DNA of 63,920 bases, filler included, from Octopus bimaculoides (Eukaryota): assembly GCF_001194135.2 (NCBI RefSeq). It is 5 parts of 4 records of this genome, joined end to end, with 100 filler letters (N's around TTAATTAATTAA, not from the genome) between each part and the next. Parts side by side here need not be neighbours in the genome. Positions count along the whole stretch, not along the records: positions 15,664 to 26,185 come from NC_068992.1; positions 26,286 to 49,437 come from NC_068982.1; 3 more parts are not named here. One strand, written 5' to 3'. Numbering within the stretch: the first letter of the stretch is position 1; every line of letters starts with the position of its first letter. The notes beneath the pieces are model-generated. The model saw nothing but the letters and a program-made list of their open reading frames with translations, searched no databases and was not told the DNA's origin. Shown one piece after another: positions 25,754 to 37,974 of the stretch. Made by a program: the position numbers and the translations under genes.

Positions 25754-25831
25754 TGTCTTACGACTGTTTCTGGAATATCTCAAGTGAAGGGTTAGCATCT
25801 CCCTCCACTAGGTATTCCATCATCAGAGACA
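25754..25831 (-). ncRNA. Apparently intact type-I hammerhead ribozyme with extended stem II
   Basis: Minus strand TGTCT-CTGATGA-TGGAATA..TATTCCA-GAAA-C-AGTC-GTA-AGACA: 5-bp stem I, 7-bp stem II with a 9-bp inner helix AGTGGAGGG/CCCTTCACT, full core, GUA cleavage triplet. Confidence 0.8.
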
Positions 25832-26185
25832 AATTGTTCATGTATGAAAGTTCTAGTCAATGAGAATCACAGTTTAGAAAGGAATAAAATAGTAGATAGA
25901 AGGATAAAGAGTAAAACAGTTGATAGACGAATAGAGACAGGAGAATAAAGTTCACAGTTCATCTTCTTCCAGAGGCTACGAAGGTTGGTTCGTACTGCTG
26001 TGTAAGACCTTAAGTATAATCCCGAGTAAATCTAGGCAATACTTTGGCAGTATTTTGAATGTTGCTTTCATGTTCAACGAATAGATGAAGTGGTTCTATG
26101 TATGTATGTATGTATGTATGTATGTATGTATATGTATGTATGTATATGTATGTATGTATATGTATGTATGTATGTATATATATGT

Positions 26186-26285
26186 NNNNNNNNNNNNNNN
26201 NNNNNNNNNNNNNNNNNNNNNNNNNNNNNTTAATTAATTAANNNNNNNNNNNNNNNNNNNNNNNNNNNNNNNNNNNNNNNNNNNN
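26186..26285. other. Artificial scaffold join N44-TTAATTAATTAA-N44
   Basis: Exactly 100 bp, identical structure to the other three. Confidence 0.9.
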
Positions 26286-26771
26286 TATATATACCAAGTC
26301 GGGTGAGGTTACGGAATCACAATTACATGTTGCAAGCATCTGAGAATTAACTGCTCAAAGAAGAAATAAGAAAAGAAAAACAGAAATTTTTTCTGATGCT
26401 ATAATACATTAGTGGTTGGTTAACATTTTCTGTATCAGCAAAAGGTTTTTAGAACTGTGCTCTTCATTAATATTTTATGGTTCTTAGAGTATACCTACCT
26501 ATTCCATCAGCCATTTAGATAAGAAAACTTAGACATACTTCTATTATTCCATCACTTCCAAAAGTTTGTTGTCTGCCAAATTATAGCCGTCAGCCAGATT
26601 TTGTCTGTCTAGGGGTCAGGTGTCAGTTATCTCAATAACCAATTGTCACACACACACACACGCACGTACGCGCGCACACACACACGCACACGCACACGCA
26701 CACACACGCAACACAGACACACATGCACACGCACACACTCATGCATATATATATATATGTTTATATGTATA

Positions 26772-26810
<39 letters not shown>

Positions 26811-26929
26811 GTATACACATATACATATATATAGATAGACATACATACATATGCATACATACATAAGTACATACATGCATGCATATATCCATATATACAT
26901 ACATATATAAATATAGATATAAAAATATA

Positions 26930-27085
26930 GTGGCTGAGTCGTAAGAAGCTTACTACCCAACCACGTGGCTCTCGGTTCAGTCCCATTGTGTGGTACCTTG
27001 GACAACTACTATAGCCTCGGGACGACCAAAGCCTTGCAAGTGGAATTGGTAGACGGAAACTGAAAGAAGCCTGTCGCATATATAT
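26930..27085 (+). mobile_element. SINE family A 5' half
   Basis: GTGGCTGAGTCGTAAGAAGCTT..GGTTCAGTCCC..GACGGAAACTGAAAGAAGCC then microsatellite. Confidence 0.85.
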
Positions 27086-27287
27086 ATGTGTGTGCATGTG
27101 TACGTATGCATATGTGTGTGAATGGATATATGTAGGCATACACAATTGCGTATTTTCAAATAGTCTGTCCGAGAGTAGACTTCAGGGAAAATATTTTGAC
27201 ATCAAAATAGTACACACGCGCGCGGCCCCACAGTGACGCAAAGGCACTTACTCATTCACATACATACGCACGCACACATACACACGC

Positions 27288-27328
<41 letters not shown>

Positions 27329-27619
27329 ATCATTATTAATAAATTTATTAATAATGATAAAATATTTTTTGGCTAATTTCTGAAAGAAAATCGGCATTTT
27401 TTGTATTTGCTGCCGATAAGGTAAACCGCTCATGCGCGGTAAATTTTGAAAAATTAAGCATATAAGCATAAGTCATGTTTCCTATCTAGTGACTCGTGTT
27501 TATATGTTCTGTCTTGGTATTCCGCTGAAGATAGCTGACNNNNNNNNNNTATGTATGTATGTACGTATGTATATACATATACATTGAAGATCAATTATTC
27601 TTATACAACAATGTTGTTG

Positions 27620-27664
27620 ACAGTGACTTCAAAGTTTCGTCCAGCCGAGACATCGTCGGACTGC
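27620..27664 (-). ncRNA. Minimal hammerhead motif at the 3' end of a Penelope-like relic
   Basis: Minus strand GCAGT-CCGACGA-T-GTC(tcggctg)GAC-GAAA-CTTtgAA-GTC-ACTGT: 5-bp stem I, GUC site, one core change (U4C). Confidence 0.6.
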
Positions 27665-27669
27665 GATGT

Positions 27670-28230
27670 ATTAAAAGCAGACTTGCCTTTATATAGTCTC
27701 TGTTGAGTTAAAAACATCTTTGGGCGTGTGGTTCTGAGAGGTGGGGTAAATTGGTTTTAATTTCGGTTGTTACGGGAAGGAGTTTTGAAAATATTTTTAT
27801 TGAATAAATTGTTATTGTTCCGAATTTATTCATGCATGTAGAACTTTCTAAACAAGCCTGTAGGTATTCTTTATTTGTATGTGATTAAATCACTTTGTTT
27901 TGATAACGGTACAAAGCCCAATATTGAAGCCTTTAGTAATTGGGTGTGTCAACTTTTTGTCACAAATGAATATAGGTAGGTGGTAAGTTTTAGCTAGTCA
28001 TTTCTTTACTAGTAGCTATTTAGGGCATTTCTTGTTTTCATTTATAAGGCTGGAGTTATTTGTCAGGTATGTCATGATTTTCTTAGCATAGAAAGTTTTC
28101 TCTTGTGCTTTGATGCTCACAAAAGCATTTCAGTCAAGGTTGTATGTTTATGTTTCATTCTTCGTGTTCAATGTTCTATAAGCAATTTGTACTCTACAAA
28201 AGTATAGAGTAACCCATCAAATTAATGTAA
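27670..28230 (-). pseudogene. Possible decayed Penelope-like element 3' region (GIY-YIG C-terminus and UTR)
   Basis: Weak translation NLD*NAFVSIKAQEKTFYAKKIM..SSLINEN resembling PLE endonuclease ends, and it lies just upstream of the hammerhead. Confidence 0.35.
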
Positions 28231-29420
28231 AATTGTTTTTATTATAAGTGGACATAAAAACAAACACATATATAAATATATTTCTATATATATATAAATG
28301 TATATATATATANNNNNNNNNNNNNNNNNNNNNNNNNNNNNNNNNNNNNNNNNNNNNNNNNNNNNNNNNNNNNNNNNNNNNNNNNNNNNNNNNNNNNNNN
28401 NNNNNNNNNNNNNNNNNNNNNNNNNNNNNNNNNNNNNNNNNNNNNNNNNNNNNNNNNNNNNNNNNNNNNNNNNNNNNNNNNNNNNNNNNNNNNNNNNNNN
28501 NNNNNNNNNNNNNNNNNNNNNNNNNNNNNNNNNNNNNNNNNNNNNNNNNNNNNNNNNNNNNNNNNNNNNNNNNNNNNNNNNNNNNNNNNNNNNNNNNNNN
28601 NNNNNNNNNNNNNNNNNNNNNNNNNNNNNNNNNNNNNNNNNNNNNNNNNNNNNNNNNNNNNNNNNNNNNNNNNNNNNNNNNNNNNNNNNNNNNNNNNNNN
28701 NNNNNNNNNNNNNNNNNNNNNNNNNNNNNNNNNNNNNNNNNNNNNNNNNNNNNNNNNNNNNNNNNNNNNNNNNNNNNNNNNNNNNNNNNNNNNNNNNNNN
28801 NNNNNNNNNNNNNNNNNNNNNNNNNNTATATATATATATCGATAGATAGATATAGATATATACATATATACATACATATATATGTATGTATGTATATGCG
28901 CGCGTGTTTATGTTAGTGTGCATATTTAAGTGAGTTATTTATTGAAATACCGATATTTACAGACATACATCAATGCCATTAATACCATATAAGTTTACTT
29001 GAATAAAATATCTTTGCAATTATAACTAATTTTCCTATCATTATTACTTTACAATTTCAGTGCACTTACACTGAATACCAGGAATAGAATTAATATGAAA
29101 ATATATATTTTATTTTACTTTTTCAGCCGATATTATTTTCCGTTATACGCGTTGTTACGCTTTTGATTTCGAATTTACATAATTTGTTGGTGCTCTTGTT
29201 TTCCTTTGCATAAATAAATAGACAAATTAATGGGATTTGAATATATCATATATTATTTTATATAAACGCTTCAAGACATAAATTTTGAGCTTGTATTAGT
29301 CACGTTCATTTATATGTGTATATTTACATAAATGCATACACATATATAAGAGTATGTAGATAGGATAAAGAGAGTAGACAGATAAATATTAGATAGATAG
29401 GGGTTTGTAGATATAGATAT

Positions 29421-30090
29421 ATAAAGAGTGTCACAAAAATGCATACACACTTTAACGGCTGATATCTTTCTTAACTTTCATTTTTTTCTAGATTTAACCC
29501 ATTAGAAATAATCGAAGGAGCAACATTAAGCGCTGCAGAAAGAAAATTTATCCTTAAGAACAGCTAGAAGTTAGAATACATAGCCGAAGTCCAAACACAC
29601 TCCAGGGGGGGGGGAGTTTAAAGAAGAACCCACCTACTAATCAATTAGCTGGAACTGTTCAGAATGTTCACAAAAAAAAAACCTTCTAGAAGGCAATGGA
29701 CGTCCAGAAGTCCCAGAAAGCCAGAAATGCTTCTAGAAATGTATAGTGAGAGTTCAAGAAAATTTGTGTGGTTAATGTTTCGTAAGATAGAAATTTCAAA
29801 TTCAAGCATTCATCGCATTTTGAAACGCTGGTATAGGATAAATAACAATCCAAGAATAGTCAATGCTCTCAATGATGATCCGGACCGGAGAGTGGAGTTT
29901 TGTGAATAGCACTTAGCATGATGTGTAGATGTTCACTTTCTAACAAAGATTGCATGAGCTAGCGAAGCGACATTTAAATTAAATGACCCAATTAACCTTC
30001 ACAATTGCTCCTTACAGGGGAATCAGAGAATCCTCATATTACGGAGAAACATCGTGATAATTTACCAGGAGTTAGAGTATAGTGAAACTA
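29421..30090 (+). pseudogene. Tc1/mariner-superfamily transposase relic (DD37D/maT-like)
   Basis: TIR-like AAGAGTGTCACAAAAATGCATACACACTTT; ISNSSIHRILK..DPDRRVEFCE, then FLTKIA*ASEATFKLND.INLHNC..ENPH..NLPGVRV. Confidence 0.85.
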
Positions 30091-30799
30091 TCAGAAGGAT
30101 TAATAGAAAGATTCTTGTTTTGATTATCCCTCTCTGAAAACTTCTAATTTTAGCTGTATTTGTAGTAGCTATTATAGCTGCAAGATTAGTGTAGTTGAAT
30201 ATACGAACTTAATAGATTTCCTATCAAATGTTTTATGATATTTATAATAACGAAAGAAATTTCTTTCGAATAATTCGAAAAAATTGCGGAGGAGAAATTT
30301 TATATTACTAGAAGAGAGAATTATACCTGGAAATTTTATGGGTTCTACATTTTTCCGATTAATATTTTTTTTATAATTTCAAGAGCAATATTCCCTAGTG
30401 ATAATAATAAATTTCATGGTAGTAAACATCCTTAACACTCGAAACGTTATCACGCTTATTATTACTTTTGCATTCTATCATGATTATGTGTCACTATTAT
30501 GTGACATGGACTCTATTCTAGAGTTTGTTGAAATATTTATCCGTTGTTTTATCAGAAGTATGTGAGTTAGCCATCTTACTATCTACTTTATATTTAATAT
30601 TCTTATAATACCTACCAGGTATAATACCTATATTCAACCAGAAAGAATTGTGACCTTGACCTTTACTGATTCTCCAAGATTTTTGTTTAATGGTCAGCTT
30701 GAACATCTGAAAGCGAGCATCTAAAAAAATGTCGAGAGAAAAAAATTCGAGAGAAAGGTTGGAACATAAAGATTAGATAAAGGTCAGTCGGGTGAGGTT

Positions 30800-33050
30800 C
30801 AGCGAAGGTGGTTTGCAACTAGTTAGTTACATGGAGTAGAAACATATGTAGAAGCCATATATTAGACCAAATGTGGAGATGGCACATCCGTAGATTGGCA
30901 GTTAACTTGTGTTGATGAGTAAGTTTCTGTCAATTCGATACTTTGCATGACATTTTGCATTTTGCATGAAGTTTACCATACTTGTTTGTGAAAAACCCAA
31001 CACCGTCTCTAGTGTAAGAAATAATCCATAGTACATTTATCTTGAGCTTGGTAGACAGTCGCTAGTTACCTTCTACAAGAGATTATCAGGAAATCTGAAG
31101 TGAAGTTCTTGTACTAAGTTTATGATTTCAATTATGAGTTCTACAAGATACAACACTGAAATAAATCATATTGCTTGTCAACTAAGCAAGCTAAATTTTA
31201 CAACAGAACATATTTTGTCTAGCCCCAAATAAGAATATTAGATCATTGCATTTTCAGTTTTAGTTTATAACAGCACATTAACTTCATCCTTCGATTTCAG
31301 TGTCTTTAGTGTTATGTTTTCATTTTCGCAGGGGTAAATGTATTTATGATTGTATTGTAGGATTATTGAAGCAAATTTTAAAAATAAGTCAGACACTAAC
31401 ATATTCACAAAACCTATTTATTTGAGTCAAATTGGATCCATGAAGTTGTGAGTTAATGTATGGCATATGCTGCTGTATGCGTGGATGTATTTACAATCAT
31501 GCAAGTTGTGTAAACATCATGGTGCACAAGATTGTGAGTGATTATATGCACTATATCTCTCCATATACGTTCTATTTTTCTGAAGCCTCAGGCATGGCAT
31601 GCATAACCACTGGGAGATTCACTTCCTTTCTGGCAAAATATAAAAATATCAGCTCTATCAGCTTTTTTATTGGAAAATTCTCCCATTATTCTTTATGAAT
31701 CAACGAGGTTGATTAATCCTCATTCTTGTGTGTCTTTGCTATGACTGTCAGAACAATCGTTCTTCCGGATAGCATTGTAAATAGATTTGGTAACAATTTC
31801 ATTTTTCGTGAGGGGGTACATTGAACTTTCAGGTATATTTTGATCAACTGATGATGATGTGAGTGATATCTTACACTGCACGCTGATATGGCTCAAATGG
31901 TGTTTTCAATCTAAACATAGAGAACATTATGCAACATTATCTCTTCTATTGATTATGCATTTAATAGCTCTATATCTCTCTCCTGTTCCTGAATAGTGTA
32001 AACGTATTCATGATGGGTTATAATGTATCTATTAAGCATTCAGAAAAGGAACTGAGTCCTGTCAATGTTATCATCTAACTTCCGGGATATGAACTCATGC
32101 ATAAAATTCTGCTGCTATGATAAGTAGTTTTCTTCAAATTTCAATTCAATCCAGCTCACAAACAGGAGGGAATGGCACAGATGTATACTCACAATAACTA
32201 TTCAAATTTGTTCACCTCACAAGATTATATTATTTCACTATTTAGTACACGTATAATATTCTCATTTCTCAGTTTACTGCTTAATCAGGGTCCCATTCCA
32301 AACTCAGTAGTATGTGAAATCACTAATCAATTGCATAAGTGTGATCGCGAATAGGAGATTAAAAGACTTCCTCTTTGGCTATGATCAAAGAGGTGACAAC
32401 TGATATTTGTTCAATTGTCAGACGTAATGCATCATTCTTCACAGTTTGATGGTTCATCAGCGCCTAAAGATGTTCAAACCAGAGGCCTGCAGTCTCTTTT
32501 GCTTTAGAAAATAGAACAGAATGCATGTTTCCCTTAGTAATCCTAGGTATCACAATGAAATCCATTTCTTTATAATACTAGGCAGAATTAGAAAGTTGAA
32601 TTTGAAATTAAGATATTTATAAACTAAGGAGTTTTTTCTGTTCAATCTTACAAAGTTCTTCAAATTTTTCTAAAGTGCATATGCCGAAATTCTTAGGCCT
32701 ACAAGCTTACTGCTTCAGATGGCAAACCGTCTTAGTCATAATAGCATCAGTAGTTGCTTGAAAGTTACAACCAAGATATTTTTATTACATTTTTCAACAT
32801 CTACCTGAGTGGCAGCTGTAATGCATTAGTGCCTATTTCCCTTGATCATCAGATATTCCAGAGTGCAGCAACATTCTGACAACATTGTACTTTGTAAGTA
32901 AATGTTATCATTTTGAAGTCGTCCAGTATTTCGTAATACAATGTACATCCCTATATGAATAATTTCAAAATACTATTCATTTTTCTTTTTTCTCAGCAAT
33001 AAGGATTTGAAAAGTGATAATGTCAACTGAGACTATTTATTCAAACTAAA
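30800..33050 (-). pseudogene. Very decayed Gypsy-like pol (RT-RNase H-integrase order)
   Basis: Minus strand has a YLDD-like remnant (TATCTGATGATC, about 32845-32856), EKC..KYLG (about 32770-32800), G-MG..L of RNase H and a GW/VV.P-like integrase-linker remnant; all are frameshifted. Confidence 0.3.
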
Positions 33051-33226
33051 ACACTTTCGTCGTTGCAGCCATGATAGCCATTCAAAGCAAACAGCGGTAT
33101 GTCATTACATTCAATAAAAAGTGCCAAAACTTTTGGTCTTATACTCACGACCTTTCACAGAGACTATTCTGCGACAGTGAAATAGGGCATCAGCCCTCAA
33201 TACTGATTCCCGATCGTATCTATCTC

Positions 33227-33254
33227 TCTATCTATCTATCTATCTATCTAGCAG

Positions 33255-33353
<99 letters not shown>
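33227..33353. repeat. (CTAT)n then (GATA)n, inverted tetranucleotide arrays
   Basis: Seen directly; the two arrays are complementary. Confidence 0.9.
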
Positions 33354-34848
33354 GAGAGGGCAAGAATTCTGAAAACAACTCGCTCGACCTGGGTACCTTC
33401 TTAAACTCCAGGAAAGAAGTATTCAGTCAATGACCTTATCTAAAACGTTTCCTACTTCAGATTTTGAATTCCCCATTCGTTGAATAGTTCCTTCGCAGCG
33501 CTTTCGAACATCACCATGGCCGAAGTCGATGTAAGGAGGATAACTCCGTCCGCCCTCAGCACGTACAATTATTTTTTATTTAGAAGTGCAACTGATCGTA
33601 CCTATTTCTTCCATCTGTTGTAGAGAGCGATTTCAGTCAGACGAGGTGCCTATACTGTGTGTATGTGTGTACGTATGTGTTTGTGTGTGTGTCTGTGTAT
33701 CTGTCTGTGTCTTTGTCTGCGTCTGTCAAGTTTGACTGTTTTTTTCTTGTAGGTCGGTCGATTACCTGGAGGGTTCCTCTTTGAGGGGTCAATGTTACTG
33801 TCATCTAGTTTCAGGATGTTTTTGATTTTTACGTGCTGCTTCTGGTGTTTTTAGTCTGAAAAAGAGCTCCTACCAAGCAGACTCATAACCAAAAAATATT
33901 CCAAGTAAGAGTACATGAATGAGTGTGAGCGTGCGTGTATATATAAGCGCATGTGTCTATGTGTGTGTATTATGCATATCTAAATTCAATTGCTGGCTTT
34001 TCCTCAATACGAATATATACAAAGACATTTAGATGTATTGGATAAATTTATAACATTATTACAGTTTGAAAATAAAACACGTTAGGCTGAGAACAAATAA
34101 ATCTATCAGACGACAAATGTATTTAAACATAAGAGGATTCAAGCATGTTTAATAATACATTTTACGATAAGTTCTTTATATTCTCAAATGACTATTTCAC
34201 TTGCAAATTTGTTATTATTCGATTTCCTCAAAAATAATTTTCATATTAATGGTCGTTTTTTTCTATTCGCAGATATGAAATTATGACAGCAGACAAAAAT
34301 GAATAGAAGTGATTTAAAAAATATAGTATAAGATAATATATTTATAGTGATAATAACATCAATTTTGGCAAATAGGAAAACTTAAAATAAATTTATTAGG
34401 GGCAGAAACAGGAAATAAGTTGAACAAGCAGTGTAAGGTAAAATAATATACTGACCATCTAATAAGTAAACATCATTTATAAATATATGTATATTGTATG
34501 TATTATAATGGAAACTATGAAGAAGTGAATACGCACAGGGACTTAACTGAGATAGCTAACCAAGAGAACGATATAACAAATATGTATATATATAACTCAT
34601 AAATATATATGTATATAAGTATTAAATATATACATGCATGTATATATTTAGAGGTAGAGGGAGAGAGGAGAGAGGAAGATAGTTGAAAAACAGATGTACA
34701 CAACTAAATTCTACAATTCCCTTGTTTACTTATTACAGTCAACTGTTTACTAACTCATACCCATTTTTACACTCTCTCATGCAAGCACTCATGCACTCAC
34801 TCAAATATACATACCTACTTTGGGCAAAGATAGATAGATAGATAGATG

Positions 34849-34906
<58 letters not shown>

Positions 34907-35479
34907 NNNNNNNNNNGAGAGAGAGAGATGGATGGATAGATATACATAAGTGTGTGAATGTATGTATGTTTGTATGTATGTATGTACGTACGCTTGTATG
35001 TATGTGTACATGTATATATGTAGATATAACAAAACTAATGATTTAGCAATAATTGGGCTCTACAGGTAACTCCAAGTGCCAATCCTTTGTTTCGAAACCT
35101 GGCTCATAAATATTAAGTCATTTATCAAACAATGCCAATCCTTTGTTTCAAAAACTGCCTCATGATAATGTTATAATAATAGGTGATTTTAATTTCCCCT
35201 GTGTTGACTAGTCTACTCATACCTTGAAGAAAGGTATGTGGATTTTAACTGCAGATCTTTCACACGTTGATTTGTCTTTCACTCAGTCTCCCACACCAAG
35301 CAGCATCATTACATCCTGACAGCTATTTGCGGACATTGTCACAAATACATGTTCACATCACACGCCCCTGCTCTCCACGAGAAAATCTAAACACAGGCTC
35401 CCACGTAACAGAAGAGCACTAACAAGAAAACTAAAAGGGATTAGTCGAAAAATCAATCGGCTAAAATATAGCTAGCTGC

Positions 35480-35765
35480 AACAGCCGTACTTGATAGATA
35501 TAACTTTACAGGAATGAAAGAAACATCTTGAAAACTGCATTAAGACTATCATTGATAGTCAAAGAAGAGCAGAAGAAAAGTGGCCAATTGAGAAAATGAA
35601 AGACAAATTCAAAGTGTTCTTCTTATTCGTCAAAAAGTATACGGTCGTTGTCTCGTCTGTTGGACCTTTGATAGATGAAGAGGACACTCTGCCTAATGGT
35701 GCAGAAGACATGGCTGAGATTCTGAAGAAATACTGCTCCATTTTCAGCAATCCCAACATAGTTAA
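35480..35765 (+). pseudogene. CR1-like LINE ORF2 linker fragment
   Basis: EEKWPIEKMKDKFKVFFLFVKK..SSVGPLIDEE..AEDMAEILKKYCSIFSNP matches K.NPK.F+.Y.K..+GPL..MAEIL..Y.SVFS.P. Confidence 0.75.
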
Positions 35766-36444
35766 CTTGACAGCATCAGTGAAACAACGGGCGCTGATAT
35801 AGAATATCATCTTGAATGTCGGTAACAAGTTTTTATAGACGTACTAAAGAGCTGACCAGAATGCATTAGGCAGCTGCATTTTGGAATCGATCTCACTTAC
35901 ACAACCGATACTTAGCTCATTAAGGATGAAAGACAAATTCTACTTAGTTTAGATAGGAAATCCGAGAGGGTAAGAACTAAACGCATATATTTTGTCTGAT
36001 GGCCCAAAAACCTCACCCCACTCGTACCCTACAAATGGTGTTGCCATATAAAAAACACAAGTCACACGGGTGGTAATCAGTGAACTATCAACTTTGTTAA
36101 CCTCACCATAGAAAAACAGTCGAATGGAGTATATTCAAATGAGAGGTTAAGTAATAAAATGTAAAATAATGACTTTTCGTTTAAATCTGTATATTAAATA
36201 CACCATAAAAAAATAATAAATGATTCAATAGAGTAAGACAGTATGGTATGCAAATATATATATATATATATATAATATGTATGTGCATGTATGTATGTGT
36301 ACAAGGAGAAAGATACATGCATTTTATATGTAAACATGTGTGCGGTGTGTGCATGTATGTGTGAATGCATATGTATATATACAGAGTGAGAGAGAGAGAG
36401 AGAGAAACATGTACATATGTATGTATGTATATACACACACGCAG

Positions 36445-36483
<39 letters not shown>

Positions 36484-36636
36484 CACATATATATATATAA
36501 AAACAACCCACACCAGAAGCGTATGCATATATACACACGCATTTATATATGTTTGTGGAGGCGAATGTGTGCGGAGTGCTTTTGTATGTATGCGTATGTT
36601 TGTGTATTCTCTTTCCTTTTTATATTTTTTTTATTT

Positions 36637-36680
<44 letters not shown>

Positions 36681-37571
36681 AGGAGTGTGTGGAAAGCTAG
36701 GTGAAGAAAATTCAAATATGTTTCTCTGCTATTAGTTTCATAATGTCCAAAACACACGTATATTTCATATTTGGTAAAAACATTTTCATACATATATATT
36801 TTTTCGTTTTTTTTCTTGTGACAAGCGAATCGTTAATAATAGACACTTATATCGTTATACATAGTCAGCGAAGTATACATAATAATACACAAATTTACTA
36901 GAAATAGAGACAGACTGGCTGATAGACGTTTAAATTTCTTTACTTTGATTACATTTTATATAGGGTCAGTGCACATCATCCTTGGCTTGCGTTAAGTCTG
37001 ACATCGTTTTTCTGCGTCACACTTTTTTCAATTCCAATATTTTTTTTCTATATAATGTTTCCGCATTTCGGTAAATATTTTATATAGTATGATTTCTATA
37101 GAGTAATAGAAATAAAACAATGTATTTGCAGTCAAATCTATTTCGAATCTTCTGGCGCCCAATCCAGCATTCTGAAGAAGTTCAGTAAACAAGTAGCTTG
37201 TTTCAAACTATTCATAATAATTTGATAGAAAATATCTTCCGTGTAATTAAAGACTGTAGGTATTCAAGTGACGAGCAATTAGGTTAATAAGTTTTTGTTT
37301 AACTTGTTACAAACCGAGACAAAACAGAACAAATGATGCGTGCAAAAGATAACAAAACACAATCATATTTTTTAAAAGACTACTAAAGGCGAACCATTTG
37401 TTTTTTTCTTTTTCATTGATGCCTTCATTATCAATGAATAAATAGTTTTCATTATTTTTCTGCGTCATAATTAAAATTTATTCAAAGCGTTGGGCAACAA
37501 AACTTCACGTGAACTGTATGAAATGCTTTCTACATAAAGTTGAAGATGTAAATAGTCTTAAATATGGAGAG

Positions 37572-37608
<37 letters not shown>

Positions 37609-37915
37609 ACTTGGGGATGGTCATATTGCCAGTTTAGCCAATAAAAACACACGCACTGTATATTTGGTGTTAATTNNNNNNNNNNNNNNNTTTTAATGTG
37701 TTTAATTAAATTTTGTTAACGTATGTAGTATTTAATTCCATTTGTTTATCTATGTATTGTATTATACTTTGTTCCTATTATTGGTTTATGGGTAACGTGT
37801 TGTCACATGCTGTGGTTTGTTAGTGGCGTATGTTAGTGTTCCATTCTAGTTTCCTATTCAGGCTAGGTTTCCCTTCTATTATGTGTGTAGCTTCAGTAAT
37901 TTGTCTAAGTGCTGC

Positions 37916-37974
<59 letters not shown>

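Noticed and set aside
34272-34305. Good acceptor TTTTTCTATTCGCAG followed by YEIMTADKNE*
   Set aside because: No upstream partner exon was found; such matches occur by chance in 64 kb.
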